Positions 52,725 through 63,898 of a stretch of DNA of 64,000 nt are shown here, one piece after another (position 1 is the stretch's first letter; the number at the start of each line of letters is the position of its first letter). A model generated the notes under the pieces. That model was not told where the DNA came from. It saw only the letters and a program-made list of their open reading frames with translations, and ran no database searches. A program made the translations under genes and the position numbers. The stretch comes from Candidatus Eiseniibacteriota bacterium (GTDB lineage Bacteria; Eisenbacteria; RBG-16-71-46): positions 1,824,001-1,888,000 of the forward strand of contig OY970178.1 in assembly GCA_963707915.1 (NCBI GenBank), written 5' to 3'.

Positions 52725-53354
52725 CTACTTCGAGTAGAGCTCGACGATGAGCTGCTCGTTGACCGGCGCGGCGATGGCCCCGCGCGAAGGAACGTTGAGA
52801 ATACGGCCCGCCAGCCGCTCGGGGCTCAGCTCGAGCCACTCGGGCGCCGTCTGGCCCTTGCGCGCCTCGAGCGCGTTGACGATGACCGACAGCTTGCGGC
52901 TCTTCTCGCGCACCACGACCTCGTCGCCCGGCTTCACCAGGAACGAGGGGATGTCCACCTTGCGGCCGTTCACCGTCAGGTGGCCGTGACGCACGAGCTG
53001 CCGCGCCTGGCTGCGGTTGGACGCGAAACCGATGCGGTAGACGACGTTGTCGAGACGGCGCTCGAGCATCTGGAGCAGCACTTCGCCGGTGACGCCCTTG
53101 GACTCCGCCGCCTTCTCGAAGTAGTTGCGGAACTGGCGCTCGAGCACCCCGTACATGCGGCGCACCTTCTGCTTCTCGCGCAGCTGCACGCCGTAGTTCG
53201 TCTCCTTGATCCTGCGGGTCTTGCCGTGCTCGCCGGGCGCGTACGAGCGGCGTTCGATCGCACACTTGTCGGTGTAGCAGCGGGCGCCCTTGATGAAGAG
53301 CTTCATGCCCGCACGCCGGCACATGCGGCAGCGTGCACCTTGGTAGACTGCCAT
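52725..53354 (-). CDS. rpsD: 30S ribosomal protein S4 (Zn-binding type)
   Basis: CRMC...C...C, QLREKQK, LERRLDN, IVELYSK. Confidence 0.98.
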   Translation of the reverse strand: MAVYQGARCRMCRRAGMKLFIKGARCYTDKCAIERRSYAPGEHGKTRRIKETNYGVQLREKQKVRRMYGVLERQFRNYFEKAAESKGVTGEVLLQMLERRLDNVVYRIGFASNRSQARQLVRHGHLTVNGRKVDIPSFLVKPGDEVVVREKSRKLSVIVNALEARKGQTAPEWLELSPERLAGRILNVPSRGAIAAPVNEQLIVELYSK

Positions 53355-53363
53355 GTCGCTCTC

Positions 53364-53750
53364 CTAGACCCGGCGCCGCTTGGGCGGGCGGCAGCCGTTG
53401 TGCGGGATGGGGGTGACGTCCTTGATGGCCGAGATCTCGAGCCCCGCCGCCTGCAGCGAACGGACGGCCGCCTCGCGCCCCGCGCCGGGACCCTTCACCC
53501 AGACCTCGACGCGCTTCATGCCGAGATTGAGGGCTTCGCGCGCGCTGGCTTCCGCGGCCACCTGGGCCGCGAACGGGGTGCTCTTCCGCGAACCCTTGAA
53601 GCCGACCTTGCCCGCGCTGCCCCAGGTGACCACGGCACCATCCATGTCCGTGATGGTGATGATCGTGTTGTTGAAGCTCGCCTGCACGTGGGCCACCCCG
53701 TTGGTGCCCACCTTGCGGTCGCGCTTCTTCGTCTTCTTGACCTCAGCCAC
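53364..53750 (-). CDS. rpsK: 30S ribosomal protein S11
   Basis: [31 protein letters not shown]. Confidence 0.98.
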   Translation of the reverse strand: MAEVKKTKKRDRKVGTNGVAHVQASFNNTIITITDMDGAVVTWGSAGKVGFKGSRKSTPFAAQVAAEASAREALNLGMKRVEVWVKGPGAGREAAVRSLQAAGLEISAIKDVTPIPHNGCRPPKRRRV

Positions 53751-53768
53751 TCGGTACCTCCTGGACGG

Positions 53769-54164
53769 TTACTTCTTGGGCGCGGGCTTGGCGACGGTGC
53801 GCTTCATCACGCCGGCGGTCTTCTTCGGGCCCTTGCGGGTGCGCGCGTTGGTCTTGGTGCGCTGACCGCGCACCGGCAGTCCCCGGCGGTGTCGCAGGCC
53901 CCGGTAGGCCCCGATGTCCATCAGACGCTTGATGTTCATCGCCATCTCGCTGCGCAGCGCACCCTCGACCTTGTACTCGCGCTCGATGATGTTGCGCAGC
54001 TTACCGGTGTCCTCATCGGTCAGGTTCTTCACCCGGATGGAGCCCGAGACGCCGGCCGTGTCCAGGATCTTGCGCGCGGTCGCGCGACCGATGCCGTAGA
54101 CGTAGGTCAGCGCGATCTCGATCCGCTTGTCGTTCGGCAGATCAACGCCGGCAATGCGTGCCAC
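53769..54164 (-). CDS. rpsM: 30S ribosomal protein S13
   Basis: [34 protein letters not shown]. Confidence 0.98.
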   Translation of the reverse strand: MARIAGVDLPNDKRIEIALTYVYGIGRATARKILDTAGVSGSIRVKNLTDEDTGKLRNIIEREYKVEGALRSEMAMNIKRLMDIGAYRGLRHRRGLPVRGQRTKTNARTRKGPKKTAGVMKRTVAKPAPKK

Positions 54165-54179
54165 GAAACGCCTCCTTCG

Positions 54180-54296
54180 CTACTTCTGACGCTGCTTGTG
54201 CCGCGGATTGCGCTTGCAGATCACGCGGATCACGCCCTCGCGACGCACCACTTTGCAGTGCTCGCAGATCTTCTTCACTGAAGTACGAACCTTCAT
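54180..54296 (-). CDS. rpmJ: 50S ribosomal protein L36 (not in ORF track)
   Basis: Manual translation [38 protein letters not shown]. Confidence 0.96.
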   Translation of the reverse strand: MKVRTSVKKICEHCKVVRREGVIRVICKRNPRHKQRQK

Positions 54297-54355
54297 CGCC
54301 ATGCCTCCGGCAGGCCACCCAGGGTGCAGGCGACCTGCGACCGGTGCCGCCCCGC

Positions 54356-54574
54356 CTACTTGTAGCGGTACACGATCCGGCCGCGCGTCAGATCGTACGG
54401 CGACAGCTCGATCGTGACCTTGTCGCCCGGCAGGATCTTGATGAAATGCATCCGCATCTTGCCCGAGATGTGGGCCAGCACCTTGTGACCGTTCTCCAGT
54501 TCCACCCGGAACATGGCGTTCGGCAGCGGCTCGATCACGGTGCCTTCGACCTGGATGCCTTCCTCTTTCGCCAA
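54356..54574 (-). CDS. infA: Translation initiation factor IF-1
   Basis: [31 protein letters not shown]. Confidence 0.98.
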   Translation of the reverse strand: MAKEEGIQVEGTVIEPLPNAMFRVELENGHKVLAHISGKMRMHFIKILPGDKVTIELSPYDLTRGRIVYRYK

Positions 54575-54586
54575 GAGCTCCCCTCG

Positions 54587-55342
54587 CTACTCTCCTTCGG
54601 CCACCGAGAGGATCTCGGGGCCGTTCGGACCCAAAGCCACGGTGTGTTCGAAGTGGGCGCTGAGGCTGCCGTCCTTCGTCACCACCGTCCAGCCATCCGG
54701 CTGGGTGACCACTTCCGGTCCACCGACGTTCACCATCGGTTCGATGGCGAGCACCTGCCCGATCATCAGCCGAGGTCCACGGTCGGGCGGCCCGTAGTTC
54801 GGCACCTGCGGCTCCTCGTGCATCTCGCGTCCGATGCCGTGCCCCACCAGCGCGCGCACGATCGAGAAGCCGTGGTGCTCGACGTGCGTCTGGATCGCGT
54901 GGGAGATGTCCCCCACACGGTTCCCGCCCCGGGCCCGCGCGACCCCTTCCAGCAGGGCCTCGCGCGTCACCTGCATCAGGCGCTTCACCTCCGCGCTCGC
55001 CTCCCCCACCGCGAAGGTGCGGGCCGAGTCGCCGTAGTACCCGTTCATCTCCACGCCCACGTCCACCCCGATCATGTCGCCGTCTTCCAGGCGCCGCGGT
55101 CCGGGGATCGCGTGGACCACCTCTTCGTTCACCGACGGGCAGATGCTCGCCGGGAACCCGCGGTAGCCCTTGAACGCCGGCCGTCCGCCGTGGTCCCGGA
55201 TGAACGTCTCCGCCAGCCGGTCCAGCGCGGCGGTGGTCACGCCCGGCCGGATCTCCCGGCCCAGCATGTCGAGTGTCCGCGCCACGAGCTGGGCCGAAAC
55301 GCGGATGGCCTCGATCTCCCGCCGATCCCTCAGGTATACCAT
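54587..55342 (-). CDS. map: Methionine aminopeptidase type I
   Basis: [36 protein letters not shown]. Confidence 0.97.
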   Translation of the reverse strand: MVYLRDRREIEAIRVSAQLVARTLDMLGREIRPGVTTAALDRLAETFIRDHGGRPAFKGYRGFPASICPSVNEEVVHAIPGPRRLEDGDMIGVDVGVEMNGYYGDSARTFAVGEASAEVKRLMQVTREALLEGVARARGGNRVGDISHAIQTHVEHHGFSIVRALVGHGIGREMHEEPQVPNYGPPDRGPRLMIGQVLAIEPMVNVGGPEVVTQPDGWTVVTKDGSLSAHFEHTVALGPNGPEILSVAEGE

Positions 55343-55343
55343 C

Positions 55344-56015
55344 TCAGCTCGGCTGGGGCGTCCGCGAGTCGCAGCCCGCTTCCCGCCGCAGCGTCTCGAA
55401 CACCTCGTCCACCGTGCCCATGCCGGCCACCGGGCGCAGCCGACCGCCGCCCGCGTAGTAGTCCGCCAGGGGCGCGGTCTTGGCCCGGAACTCCGCGAAC
55501 CGCCGCCGCACCGCCTCTTCGCTGTCGTCCGGCCGCTGCAGCAGCTCCGCGTCCGGATGGTCGTCGCAGTGACGTCCGTCCCGCGCCGGCGCACCCTCCG
55601 GGTTGTAGGCCCGCTTGCACACCGGGCACTCGCGCCGCCCCTGCAGCCGCCGGACCAGCTCGTCCTCGTTCACCGTGAGCGAGAGCACCGCGTCGATCCG
55701 CTGCCCCCGCTCCGCCAGCATCGCGTCCAGCGCCTCCGCCTGCGGCACGGTGCGCGGGAACCCGTCCAGCACGAATCCTTCGCGGGCGTCCGGCTCGGCC
55801 GTGCGATCGCGCACCAGGCCGATCATCACCTCGTCGTCCACCAGCCGCCCCGAGTCCATCTGCCGCCGCGCCTCGAGACCGAGCGTCGTGCCGCGCGCCA
55901 CCGCCTCGCGGAGGATCTCCCCCGTCGAGATCAGCGCACAGCCGCACGCGGCCGCCAACCGGCGTCCCTGCGTGCCCTTGCCGACGCCCGGAGCCCCGAG
56001 CATGACGAGGCGCAC
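55344..56015 (-). CDS. adk: Adenylate kinase
   Basis: GAPGVGKGTQ, STGEILR, LDGFPRT, LID CPVC...CDDH. Confidence 0.97.
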   Translation of the reverse strand: MRLVMLGAPGVGKGTQGRRLAAACGCALISTGEILREAVARGTTLGLEARRQMDSGRLVDDEVMIGLVRDRTAEPDAREGFVLDGFPRTVPQAEALDAMLAERGQRIDAVLSLTVNEDELVRRLQGRRECPVCKRAYNPEGAPARDGRHCDDHPDAELLQRPDDSEEAVRRRFAEFRAKTAPLADYYAGGGRLRPVAGMGTVDEVFETLRREAGCDSRTPQPS

Positions 56016-56016
56016 G

Positions 56017-57342
56017 CTACATCCTCTGGCGGCCGCGGATGCGACCGCCCTTCACGAAGCCCTCGTAGTGCCGCATCAGCAGGTGGGACTCGACCTGCTG
56101 AAGCGTGTCGAGCGCCACCCCCACCACGATGAGCACGCTGGTCCCGCCGAAGCCCATGAACGGCATGTTGGTCGCGCCGATGATGAGGTCCGGGAGCACG
56201 GCGATGAGCGCCAGGAAGATCGCACCCGGCAGCGTGATGCGCGACAGCACCTTGTCGATGTAGTCGGCGGTCTTCCGTCCCGGCCGGATGCCCGGCACGA
56301 AGCCGCCGTGCTTGCGCATGTTCTCCGCCAGGTCGTTCGGGTTCAGCACGACCGCGGTGTAGAAGTAGGTGAAGAACACGATGATCAGGCCGTAGAGGAC
56401 GTTGTAGATCCAGCCGGTGGGGCTGAAGACCTGCCCCAGCCCGGCGAGCGGGCTGTCCGCCTTGACGAACCCCGCGACGGTGGCCGGCAGGATCATCACG
56501 CTCGACGCGAAGATGATCGGGATGACGCCGGCCGTATTGACGCGCAGCGGGATGTGCGTGTTCGCCCCCCCGTACATGCGGCGGCCGACGATGCGCTTGG
56601 CGTACTGCACCGGGATCTTGCGCACCGCCTGGGTCATGAGGATCACGGCCGCGATCACCGCGACCATCATCGCCACGATGGCGACGAGGATCGGCCAGCT
56701 CAGCGACCCGCCGCGCAGGCTCTCGAACGCCGCCAGGATGGTGTTCGGCACCCGACCGACGATGTTGATGAAGATGATGAGCGAGATGCCGTTGCCGATG
56801 CCGTGCTCGGTGATCTTCTCGCCCAGCCACATCACCAGGATGGTGCCGGTCGTCTGCGTCACGATGGTCGAGAAGGTGAACAGGAAGCCGGGATCGGGCA
56901 CGATCGGGAGGCCCTGGGTCTGGCCCAGGTTCGTCAGGAACACGCTGTACGCGTAGGACTGGATGAACGAGATCAGCACCGTGCCGATGCGGGTGTGCTG
57001 GGTGATCTTCTTCTGCCCCTCCTCGCCCTCCTTGCGCAGCTTCTCGTAGTACGGGACCACCGCACCGAGCAACTGCAGGATGATCGAGGCGGAGATGTAC
57101 GGCATGATGCCCAGGGCGAAGATCGTGGCCCGGGAGAACGCCCCGCCCACGAACAGGTCGTAGAGCCCGAACAGCCCGCCCGCAGCGCCCGACGCGGCGA
57201 AGGCCCCGGCCAGCGCGCGCGCATTGACACCCGGCGTGGGCAGGTGCTCGCCCAGCCGGTAGATCACGATGAGCGCCATCGTGAAGAAGATGCGGCGCTT
57301 CAGCTCGGGGACCTGGAAGATGTTCCGGATCTTCTCGATCAT
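56017..57342 (-). CDS. secY: Preprotein translocase subunit SecY
   Basis: FALGIMPYISASII, GIGNGISL, PGIRPG, FGGTS. Confidence 0.98.
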   Translation of the reverse strand: MIEKIRNIFQVPELKRRIFFTMALIVIYRLGEHLPTPGVNARALAGAFAASGAAGGLFGLYDLFVGGAFSRATIFALGIMPYISASIILQLLGAVVPYYEKLRKEGEEGQKKITQHTRIGTVLISFIQSYAYSVFLTNLGQTQGLPIVPDPGFLFTFSTIVTQTTGTILVMWLGEKITEHGIGNGISLIIFINIVGRVPNTILAAFESLRGGSLSWPILVAIVAMMVAVIAAVILMTQAVRKIPVQYAKRIVGRRMYGGANTHIPLRVNTAGVIPIIFASSVMILPATVAGFVKADSPLAGLGQVFSPTGWIYNVLYGLIIVFFTYFYTAVVLNPNDLAENMRKHGGFVPGIRPGRKTADYIDKVLSRITLPGAIFLALIAVLPDLIIGATNMPFMGFGGTSVLIVVGVALDTLQQVESHLLMRHYEGFVKGGRIRGRQRM

Positions 57343-57357
57343 GGCTCCTCGGCGCGC

Positions 57358-57822
57358 CTAGGCCCCGGCCTTCGGCCTGGGCGTCTCCACGGTGCCGCCG
57401 GCGGTCTCGACCGCGCGGCGAGCGGCTTCACTCGCGGCGTCCACACGAACCGTGAGCGCCACCTCGAGCTGTCCTCCGGCCAGCAGCTTCACCGGCAATC
57501 TGCCACGCACCAGCTTGCGCTTCGCGAGCCACGCGCGGTCCACCGTCGTGTTCGCCGCGGCCGCGGCCAGCCGGCCCACCGGCACGACCTGGTATTCGAC
57601 CCGGCCCGGGTTCTTGAACCCGCGCTTGGGCAGCCGACGCTGGATCGGCATCTGGCCGCCCTCGAACCAGGCGGGGATGCCTCCGCCGGCCCGCGCCTTG
57701 TGGCCCTTGTGTCCGCGTCCCGCCGTGCCACCCAGGCCGCTCGCGGCGCCCTTGCCGCGGCGCTTGCGGGTCTGCGTGGCTCCCGAGGCCGGACGAATCG
57801 TCCCCATGCGGATCATCGCCAT
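57358..57822 (-). CDS. rplO: 50S ribosomal protein L15
   Basis: GRGHKGHKAR, FEGGQMP, RRLPKRGF. Confidence 0.97.
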   Translation of the reverse strand: MAMIRMGTIRPASGATQTRKRRGKGAASGLGGTAGRGHKGHKARAGGGIPAWFEGGQMPIQRRLPKRGFKNPGRVEYQVVPVGRLAAAAANTTVDRAWLAKRKLVRGRLPVKLLAGGQLEVALTVRVDAASEAARRAVETAGGTVETPRPKAGA

Positions 57823-57828
57823 CCCCCT

Positions 57829-58011
57829 CTAACCCTCCACCACTTCGACGAGGTGGCGGACCTTGAAGATCATGCCCCGGATCTGGGGCGTATCGTTCTG
57901 CTCGATCACCTGGTGCAGCCGGTGGATCCCGAGGGCCGTGATGGTCTGCTGCTGGTCCTTCGGGTGCCCGCTGGCGCCCTTGATCTGACGGATTCGGATC
58001 GTCTTAGGCAT
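57829..58011 (-). CDS. rpmD: 50S ribosomal protein L30
   Basis: [17 protein letters not shown]; position between rpsE and rplO. Confidence 0.93.
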   Translation of the reverse strand: MPKTIRIRQIKGASGHPKDQQQTITALGIHRLHQVIEQNDTPQIRGMIFKVRHLVEVVEG

Positions 58012-58555
58012 GAGGCTCACTCCGGATCCCGAACAATTCGTCCAGGGTGATGCCGCGCATGGCGGCGATCTCGGAAGGCCGACGCAGGCGCTGCAACCCG
58101 TTCACGGTGGCCTTGACGAGGTTGTGGGGATTGCGGCTGCCCAGGCACTTGGTCAGCACGTTCTGCACCCCCGCCACCTCGAGCACGGCGCGCACGCCCG
58201 AGCCCGCGATCACGCCGGTACCGGGCGACGCGGGCTTCAGCAGCACCTCGCCCGCGCCGAACTTCCCGACGATGACGTGCGGGATCGAACTGCCGCGCGT
58301 GATCGGGACGCGGAACATGCTCTTCTTGGCGACCTCACCGGCCTTGCGGATCGCGTCCGCGACCTCGTTGGCCTTGCCCAGCCCCACACCCACGCGCCCC
58401 TTCTGGTCGCCCACCGCCACGATGGCGTTGAACGAGAACCGCCGCCCGCCCTTCACGACCTTGGCGCAGCGGTTGACGTTGATGACCCGCTCGACGAATT
58501 CGGACTTGGGGGCTTCCGACTGGCCGCCCCGGCCCCGGTTATCCTGGCCTCGCAC
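58004..58555 (-). CDS. rpsE: 30S ribosomal protein S5
   Basis: [28 protein letters not shown]. Confidence 0.98.
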   Translation of the reverse strand: MRGQDNRGRGGQSEAPKSEFVERVINVNRCAKVVKGGRRFSFNAIVAVGDQKGRVGVGLGKANEVADAIRKAGEVAKKSMFRVPITRGSSIPHVIVGKFGAGEVLLKPASPGTGVIAGSGVRAVLEVAGVQNVLTKCLGSRNPHNLVKATVNGLQRLRRPSEIAAMRGITLDELFGIRSEPHA

Positions 58556-58564
58556 GTCGTCCTC

Positions 58565-58924
58565 CTAGAATTCCAGGCCGCCGGCCCGCGCGCCGTCGGC
58601 GAGCGCCTTGACGCGCCCGTGGTACAGGTAACCGCCACGATCGAAGCTCACGCGCGCCACGCCCTTCTCCTTCGCGCGCGCAGCCAGGCGCTTGCCGACC
58701 TCGGCGCAGATGCCGAGCTTGCCCTTGCCCTCGAGCGCCATGTCCTCGCGGCTCGAAGCCGCCGCCAGCGTGACGCCATGAAGGTCATCGATGATCTGGG
58801 CGTAGATGTGCCTGGAGCTCCGGAACACCGAGAGTCGCGGACGCTCCACCGAGCCCGTGACCCGCTTGCGGATGCGATAGCGCCGGATCCGGCGCCGCTC
58901 GTACTTGTTGTGCTGACCACTCAT
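58565..58924 (-). CDS. rplR: 50S ribosomal protein L18
   Basis: [25 protein letters not shown]. Confidence 0.97.
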   Translation of the reverse strand: MSGQHNKYERRRIRRYRIRKRVTGSVERPRLSVFRSSRHIYAQIIDDLHGVTLAAASSREDMALEGKGKLGICAEVGKRLAARAKEKGVARVSFDRGGYLYHGRVKALADGARAGGLEF

Positions 58925-58925
58925 A

Positions 58926-59465
58926 TTATGCCGACCCCGCGGCCTTACCGGCCTTGCGACGGACGTATTCGCCCTCGTAGCGCACGCCCTTGCCCTTGTA
59001 GGGCTCGGGCGGGCGGAATCCACGGATGTTCGCGGCGGCCTGGCCGACCTGCGCCTTGTCCGCGCCGCTCACCTTGATCCGCGTAGGAGACTCGACCTTG
59101 ACGGTGATGCCCTGCGGCGCCTCGTACCGGATGGAGTGCGAGAAGCCGAGCTGCAGGACCAGCGTGCCACCTTCCATCGCGGCCCGGTACCCCGTGCCCT
59201 GGATCTCGAGGCTCCGGCTGAATCCGGTGGTCACGCCCAGCACCATGTTGTTGAGCTTGGCGCGCATCGTCCCGAAGGCCGGGTTGCGGACGATGCGTTC
59301 CGCCGACACGCGTGCCTCTGCGCCGTCGACCACCACCTTGGTGCCGGCCAGCACCGGATGCGTGAGCTCTCCATTCGGCCCCTTCACGCGGACCAGGCGG
59401 TCGTCTTCCACGACCACCTTGACGCCGCTCGGGATGGGGACCGGGAGCTTTCCGACTCTCGACAT
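58926..59465 (-). CDS. rplF: 50S ribosomal protein L6
   Basis: [18 protein letters not shown]. Confidence 0.98.
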   Translation of the reverse strand: MSRVGKLPVPIPSGVKVVVEDDRLVRVKGPNGELTHPVLAGTKVVVDGAEARVSAERIVRNPAFGTMRAKLNNMVLGVTTGFSRSLEIQGTGYRAAMEGGTLVLQLGFSHSIRYEAPQGITVKVESPTRIKVSGADKAQVGQAAANIRGFRPPEPYKGKGVRYEGEYVRRKAGKAAGSA

Positions 59466-59474
59466 TCCGACCCC

Positions 59475-59873
59475 CTACCAGACCTGGCAGACGAGCTCGC
59501 CGCCGAGACCCGCTTCGCGGGCCTCACGGTCGGTCATCAGCCCGCGTGACGTGGACAGGATCGAGGCTCCCAGGCCGCCCATCACCTTCGGCAGCCGGGC
59601 CTTCCCGAGGTACACGCGACGGCCGGGCGTGCTCACGCGGCGCAGGCCGGTGATGACAGGCACGTCGTCGGTCGCGTACTTGAGGTAGACGCGCAGGGTC
59701 CCCTGCTGGTCGTTCTCGATCACCTTGAAGTTGTTGATGTAGCGCTCGCGCAGCAGCACGCGGGCCAGCTCCGTCTTGAGCTTCGAGGCGGGCACGTCCA
59801 CCTTGCGATGCTTGGCGCGGATCGCGTTGCGCACGCAGGTCAGGAAGTCCGCCACCGGGTCACTGACCGACAT
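59475..59873 (-). CDS. rpsH: 30S ribosomal protein S8
   Basis: DPVADFLT, STPGRRVY, STSRG, GGEL. Confidence 0.98.
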   Translation of the reverse strand: MSVSDPVADFLTCVRNAIRAKHRKVDVPASKLKTELARVLLRERYINNFKVIENDQQGTLRVYLKYATDDVPVITGLRRVSTPGRRVYLGKARLPKVMGGLGASILSTSRGLMTDREAREAGLGGELVCQVW

Positions 59874-59977
59874 TCACGTCCTCCCGGAACCACCGTTCAG
59901 CGCGCGGACCACCCGCGCCCTGCTGCCTGGTCCCGTCGTGCCCCGGCCCCGCGCCGCGCGCGGGTGCCCGGGCGGGT

Positions 59978-60163
59978 TCACCAGCTCGACTTCACGACAC
60001 CCGGGATCTGACCCGACAGCGCCAGCTCCCGGAAACAGATGCGGCACATCCCGAAGTCCCGCAGGAACGCGCGGGGCCGTCCGCAGCGATGACAGCGGGT
60101 GTAGGCGCGCACCTTGAACTTCGGCGTCCGCTTCCACTTCTCGATGATGGACTTCTTCGCCAC
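59978..60163 (-). CDS. rpsZ: 30S ribosomal protein S14 type Z
   Basis: 61 aa, RCHRCGR...[14 protein letters not shown]. Confidence 0.97.
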   Translation of the reverse strand: MAKKSIIEKWKRTPKFKVRAYTRCHRCGRPRAFLRDFGMCRICFRELALSGQIPGVVKSSW

Positions 60164-60173
60164 GAGCGCCTCC

Positions 60174-60872
60174 CTATTGCGGCCGGAAGGGCATGTTCAT
60201 GAGCCGCAGCAGCTCACGCCCTTCCTCGTCCGTTCGCGCCGTCGTGACGATCGTCACGTCCAGGCCGCGGACCTTGCCCACCTTCTCGATGTTGATCTCC
60301 GGGAAGATCGTCTGCTCCTGGAGCCCCAGCGAGTAGTTCCCCCGGCCGTCGAACGACCGCGGCTTCACGCCGCGGAAGTCGCGGATGCGCGGCACCGCCA
60401 CGTTGACCATGCGGTCGTAGAATTCGAACATGCGCGCCCCGCGCAGGGTCACGGCGCAGCCGATGGGAACGCCCTCGCGCAGCTTGAAGTTCGAGATCGA
60501 CTTCTTCGCCCGCCGCACCGTCGGACGCTGGCCCGCGATGGCGCACAGCTCGTTCGCGGCGGCGTCCAGCAGCTTCGCGTCCACCAGCGCGTCGCCCACG
60601 CCCATGTTGAGCACGATCTTCACCAGGCGCGGCGCCTGCATGACGCTGGTGTACTTGAACTTCTCCATCAGCGCCGGGCGCACCTTCTCCTCGTAGAACA
60701 CCGCGAGCCGCGGCTTCTCGACCGGCCCCTTCGGGCGGCCCATCTCGACCGAGCCGCTCTTGGCGCCCTTCTCGCCCGCACCGCCCTTGCCGGCCTTGCC
60801 CGCCTTCGGCGCCTTCTCCTGCTTGGGCGCCTTCTCCTGCTTCGCCGCCTTGGGCTTCTTCTCGTCCGCCAT
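60174..60872 (-). CDS. rplE: 50S ribosomal protein L5 (Lys-rich N-terminal extension)
   Basis: [30 protein letters not shown]. Confidence 0.98.
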   Translation of the reverse strand: MADEKKPKAAKQEKAPKQEKAPKAGKAGKGGAGEKGAKSGSVEMGRPKGPVEKPRLAVFYEEKVRPALMEKFKYTSVMQAPRLVKIVLNMGVGDALVDAKLLDAAANELCAIAGQRPTVRRAKKSISNFKLREGVPIGCAVTLRGARMFEFYDRMVNVAVPRIRDFRGVKPRSFDGRGNYSLGLQEQTIFPEINIEKVGKVRGLDVTIVTTARTDEEGRELLRLMNMPFRPQ

Positions 60873-60969
60873 GCTTCATTCTCTCCAGGGTCCAGTTCGC
60901 ACGGCCCATCTGACCCTGGTCAACCAGGACCGTGCCCGGGAGCGTTCCGCTCCCACGTCTCGATTCTGC

Positions 60970-61296
60970 CTAGTCCGACTTCGACAGCGTCTCGCCGCTC
61001 GAGCGCGAGACCCGCTCCCGCCGTCCGTTCGGCAGGACCCGGACGCCGACGCGCGTGCCGCGACCGGCCTTCGCGTCGTAGATCAGCACGTTCGACAGGT
61101 GGAGCGGGGCCTCCTTCTCGATGATCCCGCTCTGCACTCCCTGCTTCCGTGCCTTGGTGTGGCGCTTGACGAAGTTCACCTTCTCGACCACGACGCGCTG
61201 CTTCTCGGCGTCCACCGCGAGCACGCGCCCGGTCTTCCCCTTGTCGTCGCCGGCGATCACCATCACGACGTCGCCCTTGCGGATCTTCATGGCCAT
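60970..61296 (-). CDS. rplX: 50S ribosomal protein L24
   Basis: IRKGDVVMVIAGDDKGK KOW motif, EAPLHLSNV. Confidence 0.97.
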   Translation of the reverse strand: MAMKIRKGDVVMVIAGDDKGKTGRVLAVDAEKQRVVVEKVNFVKRHTKARKQGVQSGIIEKEAPLHLSNVLIYDAKAGRGTRVGVRVLPNGRRERVSRSSGETLSKSD

Positions 61297-61664
61297 CAGA
61301 TCACCTCCGGAGCCAGCGAGATGATCTTCATGAACTGCTTCTCGCGAAGCTCGCGCGCCACCGGGCCGAAGATGCGGGTCCCGCGCGGCTCCTTGTCGTC
61401 GTTGATGAGCACCACTGCGTTCTCGTCGAAACGGATGTAGGAACCGTCCTTGCGGCGGCCCTCCTTCACGACGCGCACCACCACCGCCTTCGCGACGTCG
61501 CCCTTCTTGACCGCCGCGCCGGGGATGGCGTCCCTCACCGACACGACGACGATGTCGCCGAGCCGGCCATAGCGCCGGTGATGGCCGCCCAGCACCTTGA
61601 TGCACTGGGCGCGCTTCGCGCCCGAGTTGTCGGCGACGGTCACCATCGTTCTCAACTGGATCAT
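61296..61664 (-). CDS. rplN: 50S ribosomal protein L14
   Basis: [25 protein letters not shown]. Confidence 0.98.
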   Translation of the reverse strand: MIQLRTMVTVADNSGAKRAQCIKVLGGHHRRYGRLGDIVVVSVRDAIPGAAVKKGDVAKAVVVRVVKEGRRKDGSYIRFDENAVVLINDDKEPRGTRIFGPVARELREKQFMKIISLAPEVI

Positions 61665-61682
61665 GGCTCGACTCCCGGAGCG

Positions 61683-61949
61683 CTACTTCGCGCGCTCGAC
61701 GAACTCCACGAAACGCCAGCGCTTCTCCTTCGAGAGCGGCCGCGTCTCCATGAAGCGGATCACGTCCCCGATGTGACACTCGTTCTTCTCGTCATGGACC
61801 TTGAAGGTCGCACGCCGCCGCACGTAGCGGCCGACGGTGGGGTGCTTGACCAGGCGCTCGATGGAGACCACGACCGTCTTGTCCATCCGGTCGCTCACCA
61901 CCTTGCCGACCCGGGCCTTCCTGCGATTGCGCTCGGCTTCTTCGTTCAT
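61683..61949 (-). CDS. rpsQ: 30S ribosomal protein S17
   Basis: GKVVSDRMDKT, HDE, ETRPLSK. Confidence 0.97.
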   Translation of the reverse strand: MNEEAERNRRKARVGKVVSDRMDKTVVVSIERLVKHPTVGRYVRRRATFKVHDEKNECHIGDVIRFMETRPLSKEKRWRFVEFVERAK

Positions 61950-62152
61950 TTGGCGACCTGCTCCTTCTCGCGCAGCACGGTCAGCAGGCGCGCCATCTCG
62001 CGCCGGCTCTCCCGGATCTTGAGCGGGTTGTCGAGCTGCTTCATGGCGTTGCGGAAGCGCAGGTTGAACAACTCCTCGCGCAACTCCTGGAGCCGCGTCC
62101 GGATCTCGTCCGGGGACATGTCCCGCATGGCCTTGGCCTTGACGTGTGGCAC
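61946..62152 (-). CDS. rpmC: 50S ribosomal protein L29
   Basis: ELFNLRF, ARLLTV; position. Confidence 0.95.
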   Translation of the reverse strand: MPHVKAKAMRDMSPDEIRTRLQELREELFNLRFRNAMKQLDNPLKIRESRREMARLLTVLREKEQVAK

Positions 62153-62155
62153 GGC

Positions 62156-62578
62156 TCACTCCCTCCCGAGCTCGTGGCGCTCGACGAAGCGCGTACGGAC
62201 CGACAGCTTCGAGGCGCCCAGCTTCATCGCTTCCTGCGCCGCCGCCCGCGAGATGCCTTCGAGTTCGAACATGATGCGGCCCGGCTTGACGACTGCGACC
62301 CAGAACTCCGGGGCGCCCTTGCCCTTGCCCATGCGGGTCTCGGCGGGCTTCTTGGTCACGGGCTTGTCGGGGAACACGCGGATCCACATCTTCCCGCCGC
62401 GCTTGATCGAGCGGGTGATGGCGACACGGGCGGCCTCGATCTGCCGGTTCGTGACCCACGCCGGATCGAGGGACATCAGCCCGTACTCGCCGAACGTGAC
62501 CGACGAGCCGCGGTAGGCCTTGCCGTTCATGCGGCCGCGCTGCTGCTTGCGGTACTTGACGCGCTTCGGCATCAGCAT
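62156..62578 (-). CDS. rplP: 50S ribosomal protein L16
   Basis: [25 protein letters not shown]. Confidence 0.98.
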   Translation of the reverse strand: MLMPKRVKYRKQQRGRMNGKAYRGSSVTFGEYGLMSLDPAWVTNRQIEAARVAITRSIKRGGKMWIRVFPDKPVTKKPAETRMGKGKGAPEFWVAVVKPGRIMFELEGISRAAAQEAMKLGASKLSVRTRFVERHELGRE

Positions 62579-62590
62579 GACGGATCCCCC

Positions 62591-63250
62591 CTACCTGGCG
62601 GCCGGCGGAACGACGGCCGCGGGCTTGTCCAGGACCTCGCCGTGGAACATCCACACCTTCACCCCGCAGGTACCGTAGGCGGTGTTGGCGGTGGCACGGG
62701 CAAAATCGATGTCGGCGCGGAGCGTGTGCAGAGGCACCCGCCCCTCGCGGTAGGTCTCGTAGCGCGCCATCTCGGAACCGCCCAGGCGGCCCGAGGCCGC
62801 CACGCGGATGCCCTGCGCGCCGGCGCGCATCGAGGAGGCGATCGCCTTCTTCATGGCGCGGCGGAACGAGACGCGCTGCTCCAGCTGCTTGGCGATGTGC
62901 TCGGCCACGAGCTGGGCGTCGAGGTCGGCCCGCTTGATCTCCTCGATGTTCAGCTGGACGTGCTTCTTCGTGAGCGCCTTCATCTCCTCGGAGAGCTTGT
63001 CCACCTGCTCGCCCTTGCGGCCGATGACCAGGCCCGGGCGCGCGGTCTTGATGCCGACCGTGATCTTGTCGCCCTTGCGCTCGATCGTGATCTTGGCGAT
63101 GCCGGCCTGGTAGAGGCGCTTCTTGAGGTACCGCTTGATGAGCAGGTCCTCCTTCAGCAGCTCCGCATACCCGCGCTTGGCGAACCAGCGCGAGTCCCAG
63201 GTCTTGACGATGCCCAGGCGCAGGCCGATGGGATGTGTCTTCTGACCCAT
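62591..63250 (-). CDS. rpsC: 30S ribosomal protein S3
   Basis: [33 protein letters not shown]. Confidence 0.98.
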   Translation of the reverse strand: MGQKTHPIGLRLGIVKTWDSRWFAKRGYAELLKEDLLIKRYLKKRLYQAGIAKITIERKGDKITVGIKTARPGLVIGRKGEQVDKLSEEMKALTKKHVQLNIEEIKRADLDAQLVAEHIAKQLEQRVSFRRAMKKAIASSMRAGAQGIRVAASGRLGGSEMARYETYREGRVPLHTLRADIDFARATANTAYGTCGVKVWMFHGEVLDKPAAVVPPAAR

Positions 63251-63252
63251 GA

Positions 63253-63588
63253 CTACTCCCTCGTGGCCACGGTCACCGACACGTGGCTCGTGCGCTTCAG
63301 CATGGGGGTGGCGCGCCCCTGGGCGCGGGGCAACCAGCGCTTGAGCGTGGGTCCCGCCCCGACGATCGCTTCCTTGATGTACAGGTCCTCGAGCCGCACC
63401 TTGCCCTCGTGGAGCGCGTTCGCGACCGCCGACTTGAGCACCTTCTGAACGATGCGGGCTCCCGCCTTGGGCGTGAACTGCAGCGTGGTCTGGGCGCTCT
63501 CCACGGCCTCGCCGCGGATGAGTTCGAGCACCTGGTTGCACTTGCGCGGGGTGATCCGCACGTACCGCTGGATGGCTTTCGCTTGCAT
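63253..63588 (-). CDS. rplV: 50S ribosomal protein L22
   Basis: SAVANA, PRAQGRA, KRTSH. Confidence 0.97.
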   Translation of the reverse strand: MQAKAIQRYVRITPRKCNQVLELIRGEAVESAQTTLQFTPKAGARIVQKVLKSAVANALHEGKVRLEDLYIKEAIVGAGPTLKRWLPRAQGRATPMLKRTSHVSVTVATRE

Positions 63589-63592
63589 GGCT

Positions 63593-63883
63593 CTACTTTC
63601 CGGGCACCGGGGTCTTCTCGGCCACGTGCTGACCGTGACCGCGGAAGACCCGGGTCGGCACGAACTCGCCGAGCTTGTGACCGACCATGTTCTCGGTGAT
63701 GTAGATCGGGATGAACTTGTTGCCGTTGTGGACCGCGAGCGTGTGGCCGACGAACTCGGGCAGCACCGTCGAGCGCCGCGCCCAGGTCTTGAGCACGCGC
63801 TTCGCGCCGCTGCGATTCAGCGTTTCGATCTTCCGTACGAGGGACTCGACGACGTACGGTCCCTTCTTGATTGAACGCGCCAT
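63593..63883 (-). CDS. rpsS: 30S ribosomal protein S19
   Basis: [19 protein letters not shown]. Confidence 0.98.
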   Translation of the reverse strand: MARSIKKGPYVVESLVRKIETLNRSGAKRVLKTWARRSTVLPEFVGHTLAVHNGNKFIPIYITENMVGHKLGEFVPTRVFRGHGQHVAEKTPVPGK

Positions 63884-63898
63884 GGAGTCCTCTCCCCG

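Noticed and set aside
57342..57352. 11-nt match (TGGCTCCTCGG) to the tRNA-Asn 3' end, possible att site
   Set aside because: It is the secY RBS/start region inside the ribosomal operon, lies on the wrong side of the tRNA, and no integrase is present
59874..59977. GC-rich 104-nt rpsZ-rpsH spacer as a possible ncRNA
   Set aside because: Only imperfect GC pairing expected at this base composition; no specific motif recognised
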